The translations under genes and the position numbers were made by a program. Below are positions 30,595 to 46,899 of a DNA stretch of 64,000 nucleotides, one piece after another; within the stretch, counting starts at the first letter, position 1; each line of letters begins with the position of its first letter. The DNA is from Eledone cirrhosa (Eukaryota). Under the pieces are notes generated by a model, which worked only from the letters and a program-made list of their open reading frames with translations, did not search any database and was not told the DNA's origin. Location of the stretch: positions 42,284,001-42,348,000 of the forward strand of contig OZ024755.1 in assembly GCA_964016885.1 (NCBI GenBank), read 5' to 3'.

Positions 30595-31294
30595 CATCTA
30601 ATTTAAATAATGTTTATCCCTTCTGTTACCAACCCAGCCACTGGCTCTGGTTCTATGAAATAAAACCACCCATTTTACCATTTTAAAGGTTTTCCAATTT
30701 CAATTAATATCTTCCAACATAATTTTATATAAGAACTTTACATTAAGTTACTGTCTTAGTAATGAAATAATTAACAATTTTAGTAGATCTCTCAAATTCT
30801 TCATTAACTAATTGAAATAGAATGTCTTTCATTAGAAATATGGTTAAGATTTGTAGAATTATTGTATAATAATATTTTAATTTATGACATCAAAGTATTT
30901 TAGCTGTATTGGATTATTTGTGAAAGACAGAGTGATAGCTGTGAAGACTGAATGGTACAACCTAGAACAGACAGAACTGGATTAAAGCAACTAAAGGCTC
31001 TTGGGTTAGAGAACAGACCACAATACTTGCTCACAAATAACTTAAACAGAATTAAAAGTATATGAATGTAGGCCTACACATAGAACAATGCTAAGATCAA
31101 TCCATGCCAGCCTCTAAAACAGAGGTGACACGCTGCAAAAAAAAAAAATATGTTTAATAACAATTACAACATTCTAAATTTTGACAAAAATGTATTTCAT
31201 AGCTATATTTTGATATATATTTTATTTATGAGAAATTTAGAAGCGTCATTGATTTTTTTTTTTACTATAGAAAAATAGTCTAAATAATATGTGA

Positions 31295-31565
31295 TGTGTT
31301 GTTTCCTTGAGCAAGACACTTTATTTCACATTGCTCCAGTTTACTCAGCTGTAGAAATGAGATGATAGGGACTGGGGTCCCTATCATACCACTGCAAAGT
31401 GGTCGTGGAGGCGCCACGGCAAAAAAGCACCCAGCACTCACTGTAAATGAGGTTGGTGTTAGGAAGGGCATCCAGCTGTAGAAATCAAGCCAGCATCAGT
31501 TCCCGTCCCACCCTTGCAAGCAGGGAAAAAGCGGACGTAAAATGAAATGAAATGAAAAATGAAAT
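31295..31565 (+). mobile_element. 5'-truncated SINE with conserved core and RTE-derived 3' tail
   Basis: TCCTTGAGCAAGACACTT core; tail GGTTGGTGTTAGGAAGGGCATCCAGCTGTAGAAA shared with the RTE 3'UTRs here; (GAAAT)n end. Confidence 0.75.
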
Positions 31566-31585
31566 AGAGGACATAAACCTGTTAA

Positions 31586-31788
31586 CCCTTTAACATTTAC
31601 ATTATATATACTATTATATTTTCATGGTTAAGGCTTTACTTCACATAATATCGAATCTATGAGATTTTAATATTATTTATTTTGATAACAATGCATTAAC
31701 GTTGGTGTGGGTGGCCAGTTACAGCTGGTTTGAACAGAGAGAGGTGAGAGAATTCTGGCTGGATATGGCTGGTTTAAATGTTAAAGGG
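31586..31788. mobile_element. piggyBac-type MITE
   Basis: TTAA TSD; 14-bp TIRs CCCTTTAACATTTA / TAAATGTTAAAGGG. Confidence 0.85.
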
Positions 31789-32150
31789 TTAATGGAAGAA
31801 AATGGACATTAGCACCTGCTTATATACCATATAGATCCTTTCAAGGCCCCAGCATGACCACAGCTGAAGGCCTGAAACCATTCAAACAATATAAGAGTAA
31901 CATATTAAAATAAGAACATCTACAAAAGATGGCAAATGACAATTCTGAGGTTTGATTCTCACAGGTAGTTCCATCCAATTTTTCCACCTCAACGGGTTTT
32001 ACCCCAAATTTATTTTCACCTATTCAATTTATGTGTTGTGGTATTTTGCATAAAAATTAAAATATACTTTGAAATTCATTAAAACATTTTATATACAACA
32101 TGTTGATATCTCGAAATTGTATTAATATTTCTCTAATTTCTTACATGCAG

Positions 32151-33092
32151 ATTCGATTTACAAAAGAGGATTACAAGAGCTTTGTAGAAGATCAAGAACA
32201 AAGAAAATCGTTTTTGAGATCAGCTTGCAAGAAACTCGGTTTACTCATGAAGAAACGTGACATGAAGAAAAGTCATTTTGGAAGTATTCTTGTCAATGAT
32301 CCACATGGGTTTATGTACTGCCAAATTCCAAAAGTAGCATGCACTAACTGGCGGCGAGTTTTGCTTGTGCTAACGGGATATTATAATACAACGAAAGGTT
32401 CCCAGTTGAAAGCTATGGATGTTCATAATTCTTATGATAAACATTTAACCTATCTTAGTGACCTATCAGTTGCAGGGATTAAATATCGTCTACAGCATTA
32501 CAAGAAATTTCTGTTTGTTCGAGAACCATTTGAAAGACTAGTTTCTGCTTTTAGGAATAAAATACTCTCAACAAAAAATGAATATTTTTTTAAAAGATTT
32601 GGACGAATTATTCTAAAAAAATATCGCAATCGTTCAATGTCTGAAAATGAAATGCGGAAAACAAAGATTAAATTTAGTGAGTTTATTCATTATGTTCTCG
32701 ATATATCAAACCAGAAAATTAGTTTAAATGATCATTGGGGCCATTTTAGTCCCTTGTGTCATCCTTGTGCCATAAAATACGATTTTATAGGAAAATATGA
32801 GACACTTGAGAGAGATGCTCACTTTATTCTTCGTAATTTGACACCAAACCATTCTGTGAGATTCCCGTCCCGCAATGATACCTATAGACATGCACAAACA
32901 GGCAACGACATAGTAGTAAACTACTTCAGAAATATTGCACCAGCATCTGTAGATAAATTATGGAAGTTGTATAAACAGGATTACTATTTGTTCAACTACT
33001 CCTACCCAACATGGCTGCAACCTGAACATGTCACTTCTAAACCGGATACCAAATTACCATATTCTGATGAAATTAGAATTAATCAGACATAA
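32151..33092 (+). CDS. Carbohydrate sulfotransferase (Sulfotransfer_2; CHST11/HNK-1ST family), terminal coding exon
   Basis: 5'-PSB motif YCQIPKVACTNW; 3'-PB motif FLFVREPFERLVSAFRNK; HW...CHPC...YDFIGKYETL; LYKQDYYLFNY. Acceptor TTCTTACATGCAG ends at 32150; no transmembrane segment, so further exons lie upstream. Confidence 0.93.
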   Translation: MRFTKEDYKSFVEDQEQRKSFLRSACKKLGLLMKKRDMKKSHFGSILVNDPHGFMYCQIPKVACTNWRRVLLVLTGYYNTTKGSQLKAMDVHNSYDKHLTYLSDLSVAGIKYRLQHYKKFLFVREPFERLVSAFRNKILSTKNEYFFKRFGRIILKKYRNRSMSENEMRKTKIKFSEFIHYVLDISNQKISLNDHWGHFSPLCHPCAIKYDFIGKYETLERDAHFILRNLTPNHSVRFPSRNDTYRHAQTGNDIVVNYFRNIAPASVDKLWKLYKQDYYLFNYSYPTWLQPEHVTSKPDTKLPYSDEIRINQT

Positions 33093-33106
33093 TATAATAC
33101 TTCTTG

Positions 33107-33155
<49 letters not shown>

Positions 33156-33239
33156 GTATACATACAGGCACACATACATACATATATATATGTATATATA
33201 CAGTATAAATACACACATATATATATTTATATATATATC

Positions 33240-33540
33240 AGGGATAACAAAATATTGTTGTAGGTAATCCAGTCCGGGGTTGTGAATACTTATTATGGAT
33301 AGTTTTATCGTACGGCGCTGTTTCACTCAACAAAAGGTTTACGTAGATGGCGAGTTTATGATTTCACTTGTATTCTTATGTAAGTTTATCTTGGAGTAAT
33401 AAAATTGAAAAAAGTGGAGAATAACATGGTCAACAGTACAATAAAGGGGATTTATTTACAGTCTAACAATTTTTTCTCTGATTGAGTTGTCTAAAAATTG
33501 CTGAACACTAGAAGCAGTGTCACTCAATTTCAAATATGAT
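33240..33540 (-). mobile_element. Penelope-like terminal remnant with hammerhead 3' half, cut by an RTE insertion
   Basis: Minus-strand GAAA-AAATTG-TT/AGAC near 33460-33476; TTGGAGTAAT motif at 33391; (TA)n flank. Confidence 0.45.
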
Positions 33541-34150
33541 CATCATCATCATCATCATCACCGTTTTACGTCCGTTCTTCCACGCTAGCATGGGTTAGAC
33601 GGGTTGTCCTGTTGCGGGCAGTGTCTGGTCGGCTGACCATGCCTTGCTCATACAGGAACTGATCTGGCTTGATTTCTACAGCTGGATGCCCTTCCTAACA
33701 CCAACCTCATTTACAGTGAGTGCTGGGTGCTTTTTCGTGGCGCCTACTACACGTCCACTTTACAGTGTGGGCTGGGTGCTTTTTTGCCGTGGCACCTCCA
33801 CGACCACCTTGCGGTGGGGGGGGGGGGGGCATATTGTTTATATGCTTCAGCATGTACCCATGGGAGGTCGGGTACCCTGTATTACTGCGTGACGCCAGAA
33901 GTCACGGTCGTGTGTCATTGACTTTGAGAGGTGTAGTTGGGTAAGGTCGGCTTTTATCACCTCATCCCAAGTCATCTTGGGTCTCCCCACTCCGCGGTTT
34001 CCATCAACTTCTAGTGCTCTGCACCTTTTTATGCAGCTGTCATCCTTCATACGCATCACATGTCCATACCAGCGTAACCGCCTCTCCTGCACGCAGCATT
34101 TGATTCCTCTTATGCTCAGTCTCTCTCTCAATTCCTTTATGCTTTGGTTA
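33541..34150 (-). mobile_element. RTE LINE 3' fragment (second subfamily)
   Basis: ORF 33847-34155 ([12 protein letters not shown]...GRPKMTW); (CAT)n tail. Confidence 0.9.
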
Positions 34151-34759
34151 AACAAAATACTAGTGTGTATGAATATAACAAAGATGCTCGGTTGTGTGTA
34201 TAAAGTTTAATTAACAAGTTGAAGTTATGTAGAATAGAATAGTTGACATGCCCATGAGTAGATGAAAGAATGAAGTAAAGTTATTGGTTACCGTTTTGAA
34301 GTTAGGTCGCAAGAGACCATGTTGGGGTTGCCAAGCGAACGCGCCTGGCCGAAGACGCCTGAGGGCAAATGAGAGAGAGATCGCACTGAGTATCCCTTTT
34401 ATAGGGTCTCAGGGTGGAAGTAACAAAAAGGGTTCTGCCACCCCAACGGGAAGTAACTCCAGCTACTTCCTGTCTAGAGAACGATGATGTGATTGTCATA
34501 AGGGAGGCAACTCTTGCTACAACTCGATCAGATATTCGGAAACTGTTATAAAAAATATATATAATCAGCAAATTTACAAATTCAAATTACATCAGCAATA
34601 ATAATATTAATAATAATCTATTTATTTATTTATTTATTTATCTATTTTTAAATATTTTTTATATTTTTATTTTTATTTATTCATGTATTAACGTTTACTC
34701 ATTTATTGTTGATATCATTATTTTTTCCTCTATTTTTCTTTCTATCCTACGTTATTTCT

Positions 34760-34937
34760 GGATTGAAAGTATTGGTAGAGAATCGGACGCCATGCTTTCC
34801 AGCGTAGTTACGTCCCTTTACAGTCTGAGTTCAAATCCCGCCGAGGTTCACTTTGCCTTTCATCCTTACGAGGTCGATAAAATAAAGTACCAGTAATGTA
34901 CTGGGTAATTGCTGGCCTTGTGCCAAAAGTAGAAACA
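34760..34937 (+). mobile_element. tRNA-derived SINE with TSD
   Basis: Family match; GTTATTTCT duplicated at 34751 and 34938. Confidence 0.85.
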
Positions 34938-35565
34938 GTTATTTCTACTTATGCTTGTCTCTCCCCTGTCTACCATCATTTTCCATATATTTTCTTCTCT
35001 TTATATTTTTCTTTGTAATAATTTTTCCTTTTTCTTTCTTTTTCTTTTTCCTTTTTTTTTCTTTCCTTTCTTTCTTTACTGTATCTCCGTTTCTTCCTTC
35101 TTTTCTCTCTCTATCTTTATTATTAATATTATTATTGATGATGTAATTTGAATTTGTAAATTTGCCGTTCTTATAAAAAACTGTGATGATGAATATATAT
35201 ACAGAAGATGATAGGGTATGTCATTGTGTAGGAATTAGGTTGTATATATATAACAGTTGTATTAAAATTGCTGAGAGAAAAAAGAAGACATCTTGCCTTA
35301 CTGTAACCTCAAATTCTGAAAATCTGAATTACCATGATGCTATCACAAAATATTGGAAATTGAATTTTCCGATAAATCCTATCGGACTAGCATTTATAGA
35401 TTTTGCTTACCTGTTAATTGGCGAAACATGTGTCAATTATGTAATAAATGTTAGTTCTTTAATTGTAAAATAGTTATTTTCATATTATATATATCTATAT
35501 CTATATATATATATATATATATATATACATGGTAAAAGGTAAACAGAAATAACAACACAATCAGT

Positions 35566-35624
<59 letters not shown>

Positions 35625-35765
35625 ACTATATGTTGGTTGTTTACTGACACCTCAGTATGCAGGTTGGAGCACTCGACGAAGTACGCAGGTTGGTTTGGTT
35701 ACTCTGGAGTAATATAAAATAATTAAGTCAAATATTTAAAATTTGGCTTCGTTTATTAAAGATGT

Positions 35766-35820
35766 ACTGCTATATATATTTCGGTGACAGCCATCATTGG
35801 CTGTGACCTCTTCAGGCAGT
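35766..35820 (-). ncRNA. Type I hammerhead ribozyme motif
   Basis: Minus strand: ACTGC-CTGAAGA-ggtcacagcca atga tggctgtcacc-GAAA-TATATA-TA/GCAGT; homologous to 11544-11599. Confidence 0.82.
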
Positions 35821-36522
35821 CTGAATTGGAGTGGTAGAGACAGGTACACATGTTGTTGAAGTGTTTTACTCCGTCAATACTCTGATATCTCCAGCTCCTG
35901 GTTGTAATTTCTCTGAGGAACTGGAATCATATGAATTCGAACAAACGAATTTCGTCATCATAGGAGATTCTCTCTTCCCATTGGTCAGTTGTGAGAACAT
36001 TCTTCAGTCAAAAGTCTATAGAAATTTTTCTTAGGCAAGACAATCAGTTGTGGTTGTTTTTGTTAAGTACAGCTGACTTCCTCCCTTGTGTTGGTAGTGG
36101 TATTGGTATTAATGGTGTTAGGGGGTCAAGCTGGCACGTCAGCTTTAGTTTGGCTGCTGCTATGTTTAGAAGAATTTGTGTGTGTGTGGGTTGGCATCTA
36201 TCCTGCCAGCATTTCACGTGGTGGGGTGGGGGGTGGGGGACCAAACAGATAAAGAAATAAAAGAATAAAATAAAATGCGTGTGTGTTATAACCAATATCA
36301 AAGTTTGAAAGATTTGGAAAATATTGAGTGAAGTAGAAAGGTTGTGTGTCAGAATCGAGAAGTGCAAAGGATTACAATCTTTACACTATCATGGGGTGGT
36401 GCGTCTTATGAGGCAAGAGTGGAGTGGAAAACACCAGAACCCGAGTGTCAAAATCCGGAAATGCAGAGGACTACAGTTCTTAATTCGGCATAAAGTACAT
36501 ATGTGTGTATGTCAACTCACTA

Positions 36523-36665
36523 TTGTCACAAGTGTAGTGTTTGTACCAGAGTTTTCAAGTCGCTGGCTGGACTAAAAAGTCACACTCGTTCAGCGCATCG
36601 GTAAGGGTTCTCCTACATGGATATAAAGTAGTGGCCGTACTCGAAAACGAGTTGGCAGCCACCAT
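36523..36665 (+). mobile_element. 3' part of a non-autonomous RTE-derived element
   Basis: Near-identical to 43267-43410 and 55241-55380; ends in the hairpin GGCCGTACTCGAAAACGAGTTGGCAGCC. Confidence 0.7.
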
Positions 36666-36680
36666 ATATATGTATGTTTG

Positions 36681-36720
<40 letters not shown>

Positions 36721-36999
36721 TATGTATATATATATATGTATATAGATATGTATGTATATATATATATGTATGTATGTATGTATATATATATATATGTATG
36801 TATGTATGTATATATATATATATGTATGTATGTATGTATATATATATATATGTATATATGTATGTATATATATATATATGTATGTATGTATGTATATATA
36901 TATATATGTATATATGTATGTATATATATATATATATATGTATGTATATATATATATATATATGTATGTATATATATATATATGTATATGTATGTATGT

Positions 37000-37540
37000 A
37001 TCATCATCATCATCATCATCATCACCGTTTTACGTCCGTTCTTCCACGCTAGCATGGGTTAGACGGGTTGTCCTGTTGTGGGCAGTGTCTGGTCGGCTGA
37101 CCATGCCTTGCTCATACAGGAACTGATCTGGCTTGATTTCTACAGCTGGATGCCCTTCCTAACACCAACCTCATTTACAGTGAGTGCTGGGTGCTTTTTC
37201 GTGGCGCCTACACGTCCACTTTACAGTGTGGGCTGGGTGCTTTTTTGCCGTGGCACCTCCACGACCACCTTGCGGTGGGGGGGGGGGGCATATTGTTTAT
37301 ATGCTTCAGCATGTACCCATGGGAGGTCGGGTACCCTGTATTACTGCGTGACGCCAGAAGTCACGGTCGTGTGTCATTGACTTTGAGAGGTGTAGTTGGG
37401 TAAGGTCGGCTTTTATCACCTCATCCCAAGTCATCTTGGGTCTCCCCACTCCGCGGTTTCCATCAACTTCTAGTGCTCTGCACCTTTTTATGCAGCTGTC
37501 ATCCTTCATACGCATCACATGTCCATACCAGCGTAACCGC

Positions 37541-37543
<3 letters not shown>
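37000..37543 (-). mobile_element. RTE LINE 3' fragment, near-identical to 33541-34083
   Basis: Direct sequence match; (TA)n arrays on both sides. Confidence 0.9.
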
Positions 37544-37579
<36 letters not shown>

Positions 37580-37602
37580 ATATATATATATATGTATGTA
37601 TG

Positions 37603-37633
<31 letters not shown>

Positions 37634-37647
37634 GTATGTATATATAT

Positions 37648-37723
<76 letters not shown>

Positions 37724-37815
37724 GTATAATGAAAAATTGAACAGGGACAGAACAGAGAGGCAGTACGATAAATGTTTATTAAATTCACGCTCAGGAGAGT
37801 GGGGGGTAGGTGGGG

Positions 37816-37851
37816 GACGATGTTTCGGGCATAAGCCCTTCTTCAGGTGAG
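37816..37851 (-). ncRNA. Hammerhead-like Penelope terminal motif with poor stem I
   Basis: Minus strand CTGAAGA-aGGGC ttat GCCC-GAAAC atc GTC; the downstream bases do not pair with the upstream CTCAC. Confidence 0.4.
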
Positions 37852-37879
37852 AGTTCAAAAGGTGTGTAGGGGAGTGGTG

Positions 37880-38022
37880 ATGTATGTATATATATATATG
37901 TATGTATATATATATATGTATGTATATATATATATGTATGTATATATATATATATGTATGTATGTATATATATGTATGTATATGTATGTATATACATGTA
38001 TGTATATATATGTATATATATG

Positions 38023-38097
<75 letters not shown>

Positions 38098-38183
38098 TAT
38101 TATTATTATTATTATTATTGTTATTAATGTATGTGTGTATATGTGTGTGTGTATGTATGTGTGTGTGTATATATGTATGTATG

Positions 38184-38214
<31 letters not shown>

Positions 38215-38806
38215 TTCTTTTCCTTTTTTTTTTTTTTAATTTATTTGTTATTATTATTGTTGTTATTATTATTATTTTTTTTTTATTTTTTTTTTCTTGT
38301 GCAATGGCCATACTCGATAACGAGGGGGCAGCCATCATGTATATATATATGTATGTATATATATATATGTATGTATATATGTATGTATGTATATATATAT
38401 ATGTATGTATGTATATATATATATATGTATGTATGTATATATATATCTATATGTATGTATATATATATATGTATGTATGTATATATATATATATATGTAT
38501 GTATATATATATGTATGTATATATATATGTATGTATATATATATATATGTATGTATATATATATATATGTATGTATATATATATATATGTATGTATATAT
38601 ATATATATGTATGTATAAATATATATATGTATATATATATGTATGTATATATATATGTATGTATATATATATGTATGTATATATATATGTATGTATATAT
38701 ATATGTATGTATGTATATATATATGTATGTATATATATATGTATGTATGTATGTATATATATATGTATGTATATATATATATGTATGTATATATATATAT
38801 GTATGT

Positions 38807-38847
<41 letters not shown>

Positions 38848-38874
38848 TATGTATGTATATATATATATGTATGT

Positions 38875-38915
<41 letters not shown>

Positions 38916-39200
38916 TATGTATGTATATATATATATGTATATATATATGTATGTATGTATATATATATGTATGTATGTATATATATATGTATGTATATAT
39001 ATATGTATGTATATATATATATGTATGTATATATATATATGTATGTATATATATATATGTATGTATATATATATATATATGTATGTATATATATATATGT
39101 ATGTATGTATATATATATGTATGTATGTATATATATATATGTATGTATGTATATATATATATGTATGTATGTATATATATATATGTATGTATATATATAT
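37880..39200. repeat. (TA)n/(TATG)n arrays with short (TTA)n and T-rich island
   Basis: Directly visible; an RTE-type 3' hairpin remnant lies at ~38305-38338. Confidence 0.95.
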
Positions 39201-40637
39201 CTCACTCACCTCTCATATCATTAAGGTATTTGAGCGAGTGGTGAGATCGCGAATGACCCACTTCCTTGAGAGTAACAATATGCTGAACTCCAACCAGCAT
39301 GGATTCCATAATGGAAGGGATTGCCTGACGCAGCTACTGCATCACTTTGATGACATTTTGAGAGCCTTGGGAGAGGGTTCCAACACTGATGTTATCTACC
39401 TTGATTTCAGCAAGGCCTTTGACAGGGTTGATCATAACATTCTACTGAGAAAGCTGTCCAATATTGGTGTCACTGGAAAGCTGCTGCAGTGGATCAAGAG
39501 CTTCCTGTCAAACAGAACCCAACATGTTGTAGTTGAGGGAGTCAAATCAAGCCCAGCCAAAGTCAGTAGTGGGGTCCCACAAGGCACTGTGTTGGGCCCA
39601 CTTCTCTTCATCATCTATATTAATGACATCACTGACATCATCAAACACAGCAACATTAAAATTTTCGCTGATGATTCCAAGCTCCAAAAGGTCATCAATG
39701 GCGTGGATGACCGGATAAGCCTTCAGTCAGACCTACTGGCTGTTACCCAATGGGCAGATAAGAACAACATGTTACTGAACGAAGACAAATTCGAACTGAT
39801 CCACTTTGGAAAAGAGGATGCTCTGAAACTCCCGTACTCCCTTCCCTCCGGGGAAACTCTCGTGGCATCTAACAACATCAGAGACTTGGGAGTAACCGTG
39901 GACAGCAATATAAGCTGGACCACGCATATAAGCAGCAAAGTTGACATGGCCCGCAGAATGTGTTCCTGGATCCTCAGAACCTTCCAGTCGAGAGATTCCC
40001 GCACCATTATCCTTCTCTTCTCTACTTTCGCCCGACCACACCTTGAATACTGTTGTCCACTGTGGTCTCCCCACACGAAACAAAGTATCATGAAACTTGA
40101 AGCTCCTCAAAGGGCAATCACGAAAAAGATAGATGGCATGTCAGACCTTGACTACTGGGGTCGATTAGAAAACCTGAAACTTTACTCACTCCAACGTCGC
40201 CGTGAGCGTTATATTATCTGCATGATGTGGAAAATGTTCCATCATCACTGCCCAAATGATGTTGGCATCGCCTTCAAGATACACCCAAGGCTTGGGCCCC
40301 GTGCTATCCGTCCCATTCAAAAATCTAAATCGCAACTCATAACAACAATACGGCACAATTATTTCACCTCAATCGGCCCTGCTCTCTTCAACATCACACC
40401 AGGACACGTCAAAACAGAAACTGACCACACAAAATTCAAGAAGTCTTTGGACAAATTCCTCCAAGTAATCCCGGACAAACCACCCACACCCGGATATGTC
40501 TCCGCAAACAGTAATTCTCTTCTCGAATGGGCCATGGTGCCCAAATCCTGAATTGAAAGACTTCGCCAGGTGGTGCCATTAAGTTAGACATGGCCTGGGC
40601 CAATACTGGCCAAAACATTTCAAAGTTGTTCAAAGTT
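39201..40637 (+). mobile_element. CR1/L2-group LINE, 5'-truncated, RT frame open to the stop at 40551
   Basis: [57 protein letters not shown]; 3' end TTCAAAGTTGTTCAAAGTT. Confidence 0.92.
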
Positions 40638-42950
<2,313 letters not shown>

Positions 42951-43416
42951 TCAAAGGGCAAAGGAGCTCTTAAGAGTCAATGGCCATCCAAAATCACCGG
43001 GAGAGATGACCCCTTAGCCTTTGTCAAGGCAGAATTCTAGGAGAAGGAAAACTCTGATATAACACCTGCAACCCTGATGGTATCCAATGATGTTGACTTG
43101 TTCTTCTTTTTGGTAAATATCATCTTGGTTAAGAGAGTGGGACTGGCTTTGTGCAGTGCCTTTGCTCACTATAAAAGCTTCACGGCACAGGCATTGCTTT
43201 ATATCTGGAGATCTCTCTGCACTTGTCGTCACATGGTACCAAGGGCCCAGCACTATGTGTCAATAATTGTCACAAGTGTAGTGTTTGTACCAGAGTTTTC
43301 AAGTCGCTGGCTGGACTAAAAAGTCACACTCGTTCAGCGCATCGGTAGGGGTTCTCCTACATGGATATAAAGTAGTGGCCGTACTCGAAAACGAGTTGGC
43401 AGCCACCATGTCACCA
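42951..43416 (+). mobile_element. Non-autonomous bipartite RTE-derived element (Ceph-SINE-like)
   Basis: RTE-5'UTR-like CTAGGAGAAGGAAAACTCTGATATA plus RTE-type 3' hairpin; second copy at 54870-55380. Confidence 0.7.
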
Positions 43417-43417
43417 T

Positions 43418-44531
<1,114 letters not shown>

Positions 44532-44565
44532 CAAAGAACGCCTATAGCATATGCATATCTTTACT

Positions 44566-44611
44566 TGCTAACATTGTTTCATCCGCACTATACGTGGGAC
44601 TCATCAGAGCA
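44566..44611 (-). ncRNA. Type I hammerhead ribozyme motif (inverted copy)
   Basis: Reverse complement of 44941-44986. Confidence 0.72.
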
Positions 44612-44940
44612 TAAAGGTTAATTACATACCACACAAGCAATAACAAATCCAAGACATTGAAGAATGAAAAATAATAGAAGATAAAGGAAGTAAAAGTAAA
44701 AATAAGAATAAAAATAGAAATAAAAATAAAAATAAAAATAAAAATAAAATATTTTTATTTCTATTTTTATACATATGTATGTATAAAAATACGAATAAAA
44801 ATAAAAATAAAAATAAAAATAAAATATTTTTATTTCTATTTTTATTCTTATTTTTACTTTTACTTCCTTATCTTCTATTATTTTTCATTCTTCAATGTCT
44901 TGGATTTGTTATTGCTTGTGTGGTATGTAATTAACCTTTA

Positions 44941-44986
44941 TGCTCTGATGAGTCCCACGTATAGTGCGGATGAAACAATGTTAGCA
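44941..44986 (+). ncRNA. Type I hammerhead ribozyme motif
   Basis: TGCT-CTGATGA-gtcc cac gtata gtg cggat-GAAAC aat GTT/AGCA; GUU cleavage triplet. Confidence 0.75.
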
Positions 44987-45143
44987 AGTAAAGATATGCA
45001 TATGCTATAGGCGTTCTTTGTTATTTATTATATCACGGCTCTGTCCTCAGACATCGAGCTAACCTTATACTGCCTGCTGGATAAGTGGAGTGTTATACAC
45101 CCCTGATCCTCTCCCTAGTATACTATATATATATATATGTATG

Positions 45144-45182
<39 letters not shown>

Positions 45183-45199
45183 GTATGTATATATGTATG

Positions 45200-45238
<39 letters not shown>

Positions 45239-45379
45239 GTATGTATATATATATATATATATGTATGTATATATATATATATATATGTATGTATATATAT
45301 ATATATATGTATGTATATATATATATATATGTATGTATATATATATATGTATGTATATATATATATGTATATATATATG

Positions 45380-45450
<71 letters not shown>

Positions 45451-45955
45451 GTATGTATATATATATATGTATGTATGTATATATATGTATGTATGTATAT
45501 ATATGTATGTATGTATATATATATATGTATGTATGTATATATATATGTATGTATGTATGTATATATATATGTATGTATGTATATATGTATGTATGTATAT
45601 ATATATGTATGTATATATATATGTATGTATATATATATGTATGTATATATATATGTATGTATATATATATGTATGTATATATATATGTATGTATATATAT
45701 ATGTATGTATATATGTATATATATATATGTATACGGATTAACAAATAATAGTTAAATGCAGTCCACTTAGGTGAAGTCCAGTTATGGTATTCCAGGTAGT
45801 GGATGATATTAACGCTTGGCTTGGTTTGACTCAACAAGGCGTTTTCATAGTGATGCTGCGGGTATGCTGTAATTCCTATGTTGTAAACACTTGGAGTAAT
45901 AATAAATCAGGAAAGAAGGTTTACATGGTTTGCTATACAAAAAAGTTTTTAATCA

Positions 45956-46068
45956 CATAGCTTACATTTGTTTCACCGAACTGGTATGTCTAGAGATCGC
46001 TATCCGCCTAATTTTGCGTCACTCGATCGCCAATACAGAATTATAACCAGTCAGATCTTCGGAGCATG
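45956..46068 (-). ncRNA. Variant hammerhead motif (inverted copy)
   Basis: Reverse complement of 49221-49333 except one A/G change in stem II. Confidence 0.55.
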
Positions 46069-46425
46069 CGAGAATGAAGAAAATACACAGGCAAGAAAAT
46101 AAAAGAAAATATGGAGTAGTTATGGCATTCAATTAGAACAATAAACAACAACAATTATTACAACAATGCTATCAATAAACTATTTAAGGAGACCCTGACA
46201 TTACTTAGGTGGGGGGTATATAATGTATCTAATGTTACGGCGTGAAAACCAGCTGTCATAAGGCAAAAAGTATCGTAGTGTGTATCAATTTTAAATTATA
46301 AAGATAAGCTAGTTTTTACAGTCTTTCTCTTCATCTTCAACCGTATACATGAGTGGGACCACTGTCAAAGCTCAATAGTTGTAGAGTTAATACAGAGGTT
46401 AACGAATTAATATACGCATATATCT

Positions 46426-46494
<69 letters not shown>

Positions 46495-46899
46495 AATATA
46501 AATACACATACACATATATGTGTACATAGACACATACATACACACTAATATACACTCGTACAAAAATATACATACATGCAAAGAGAAAAGCGTGCTAATT
46601 GTAATATGGCAAAAAGAAGGTAAAGTAACATTGTAGTAGTGAAATGAGAAAAACTAGGATCTAGGATCAAATGATTGCAGCAGCTGAGAAGGAGTAAGAT
46701 TGTTGGTAGATGAGGTATTTACAGACTATTGTGTGGTATAGACTTACTTAATGAATATATATTTTTTGTGGGTAGTAGGTATCCTAATTTAAAGCTATGT
46801 TATGTTGGTTCGATTCACGGAGGTTTGAATCTTATGAATTTAGTGGCTATTCTATGCCTGCAGAAGATAGATCTTTCTAACTTATTATTAAGTAGTCTT

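Larger units (their letters stand above)
44525..45121. mobile_element. Non-coding palindromic Penelope-like cassette with two opposed hammerhead motifs plus tail
   Basis: Arms ~44525-44728 and ~44826-45027; unique tail 45028-45121. Confidence 0.75.

Noticed and set aside
32100-32150. ATG start of the sulfotransferase ORF
   Set aside because: Lies in a polypyrimidine/acceptor region and no transmembrane anchor follows, so it is treated as intron.
34228-34521. Possible solo LTR (TGTAG...CTACA, minus-strand TATAAAA)
   Set aside because: No target-site duplication or second copy; boundaries uncertain.
38131-39200. N-terminal extension of the 806-aa ORF
   Set aside because: Microsatellite in frame by chance with the truncated LINE RT that starts at 39201.
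46729-46899. Apparent N-terminus of the Penelope protein, and ORF 48339-48560(-)
   Set aside because: Antisense reading of the element's own 3' end within the inverted repeat.
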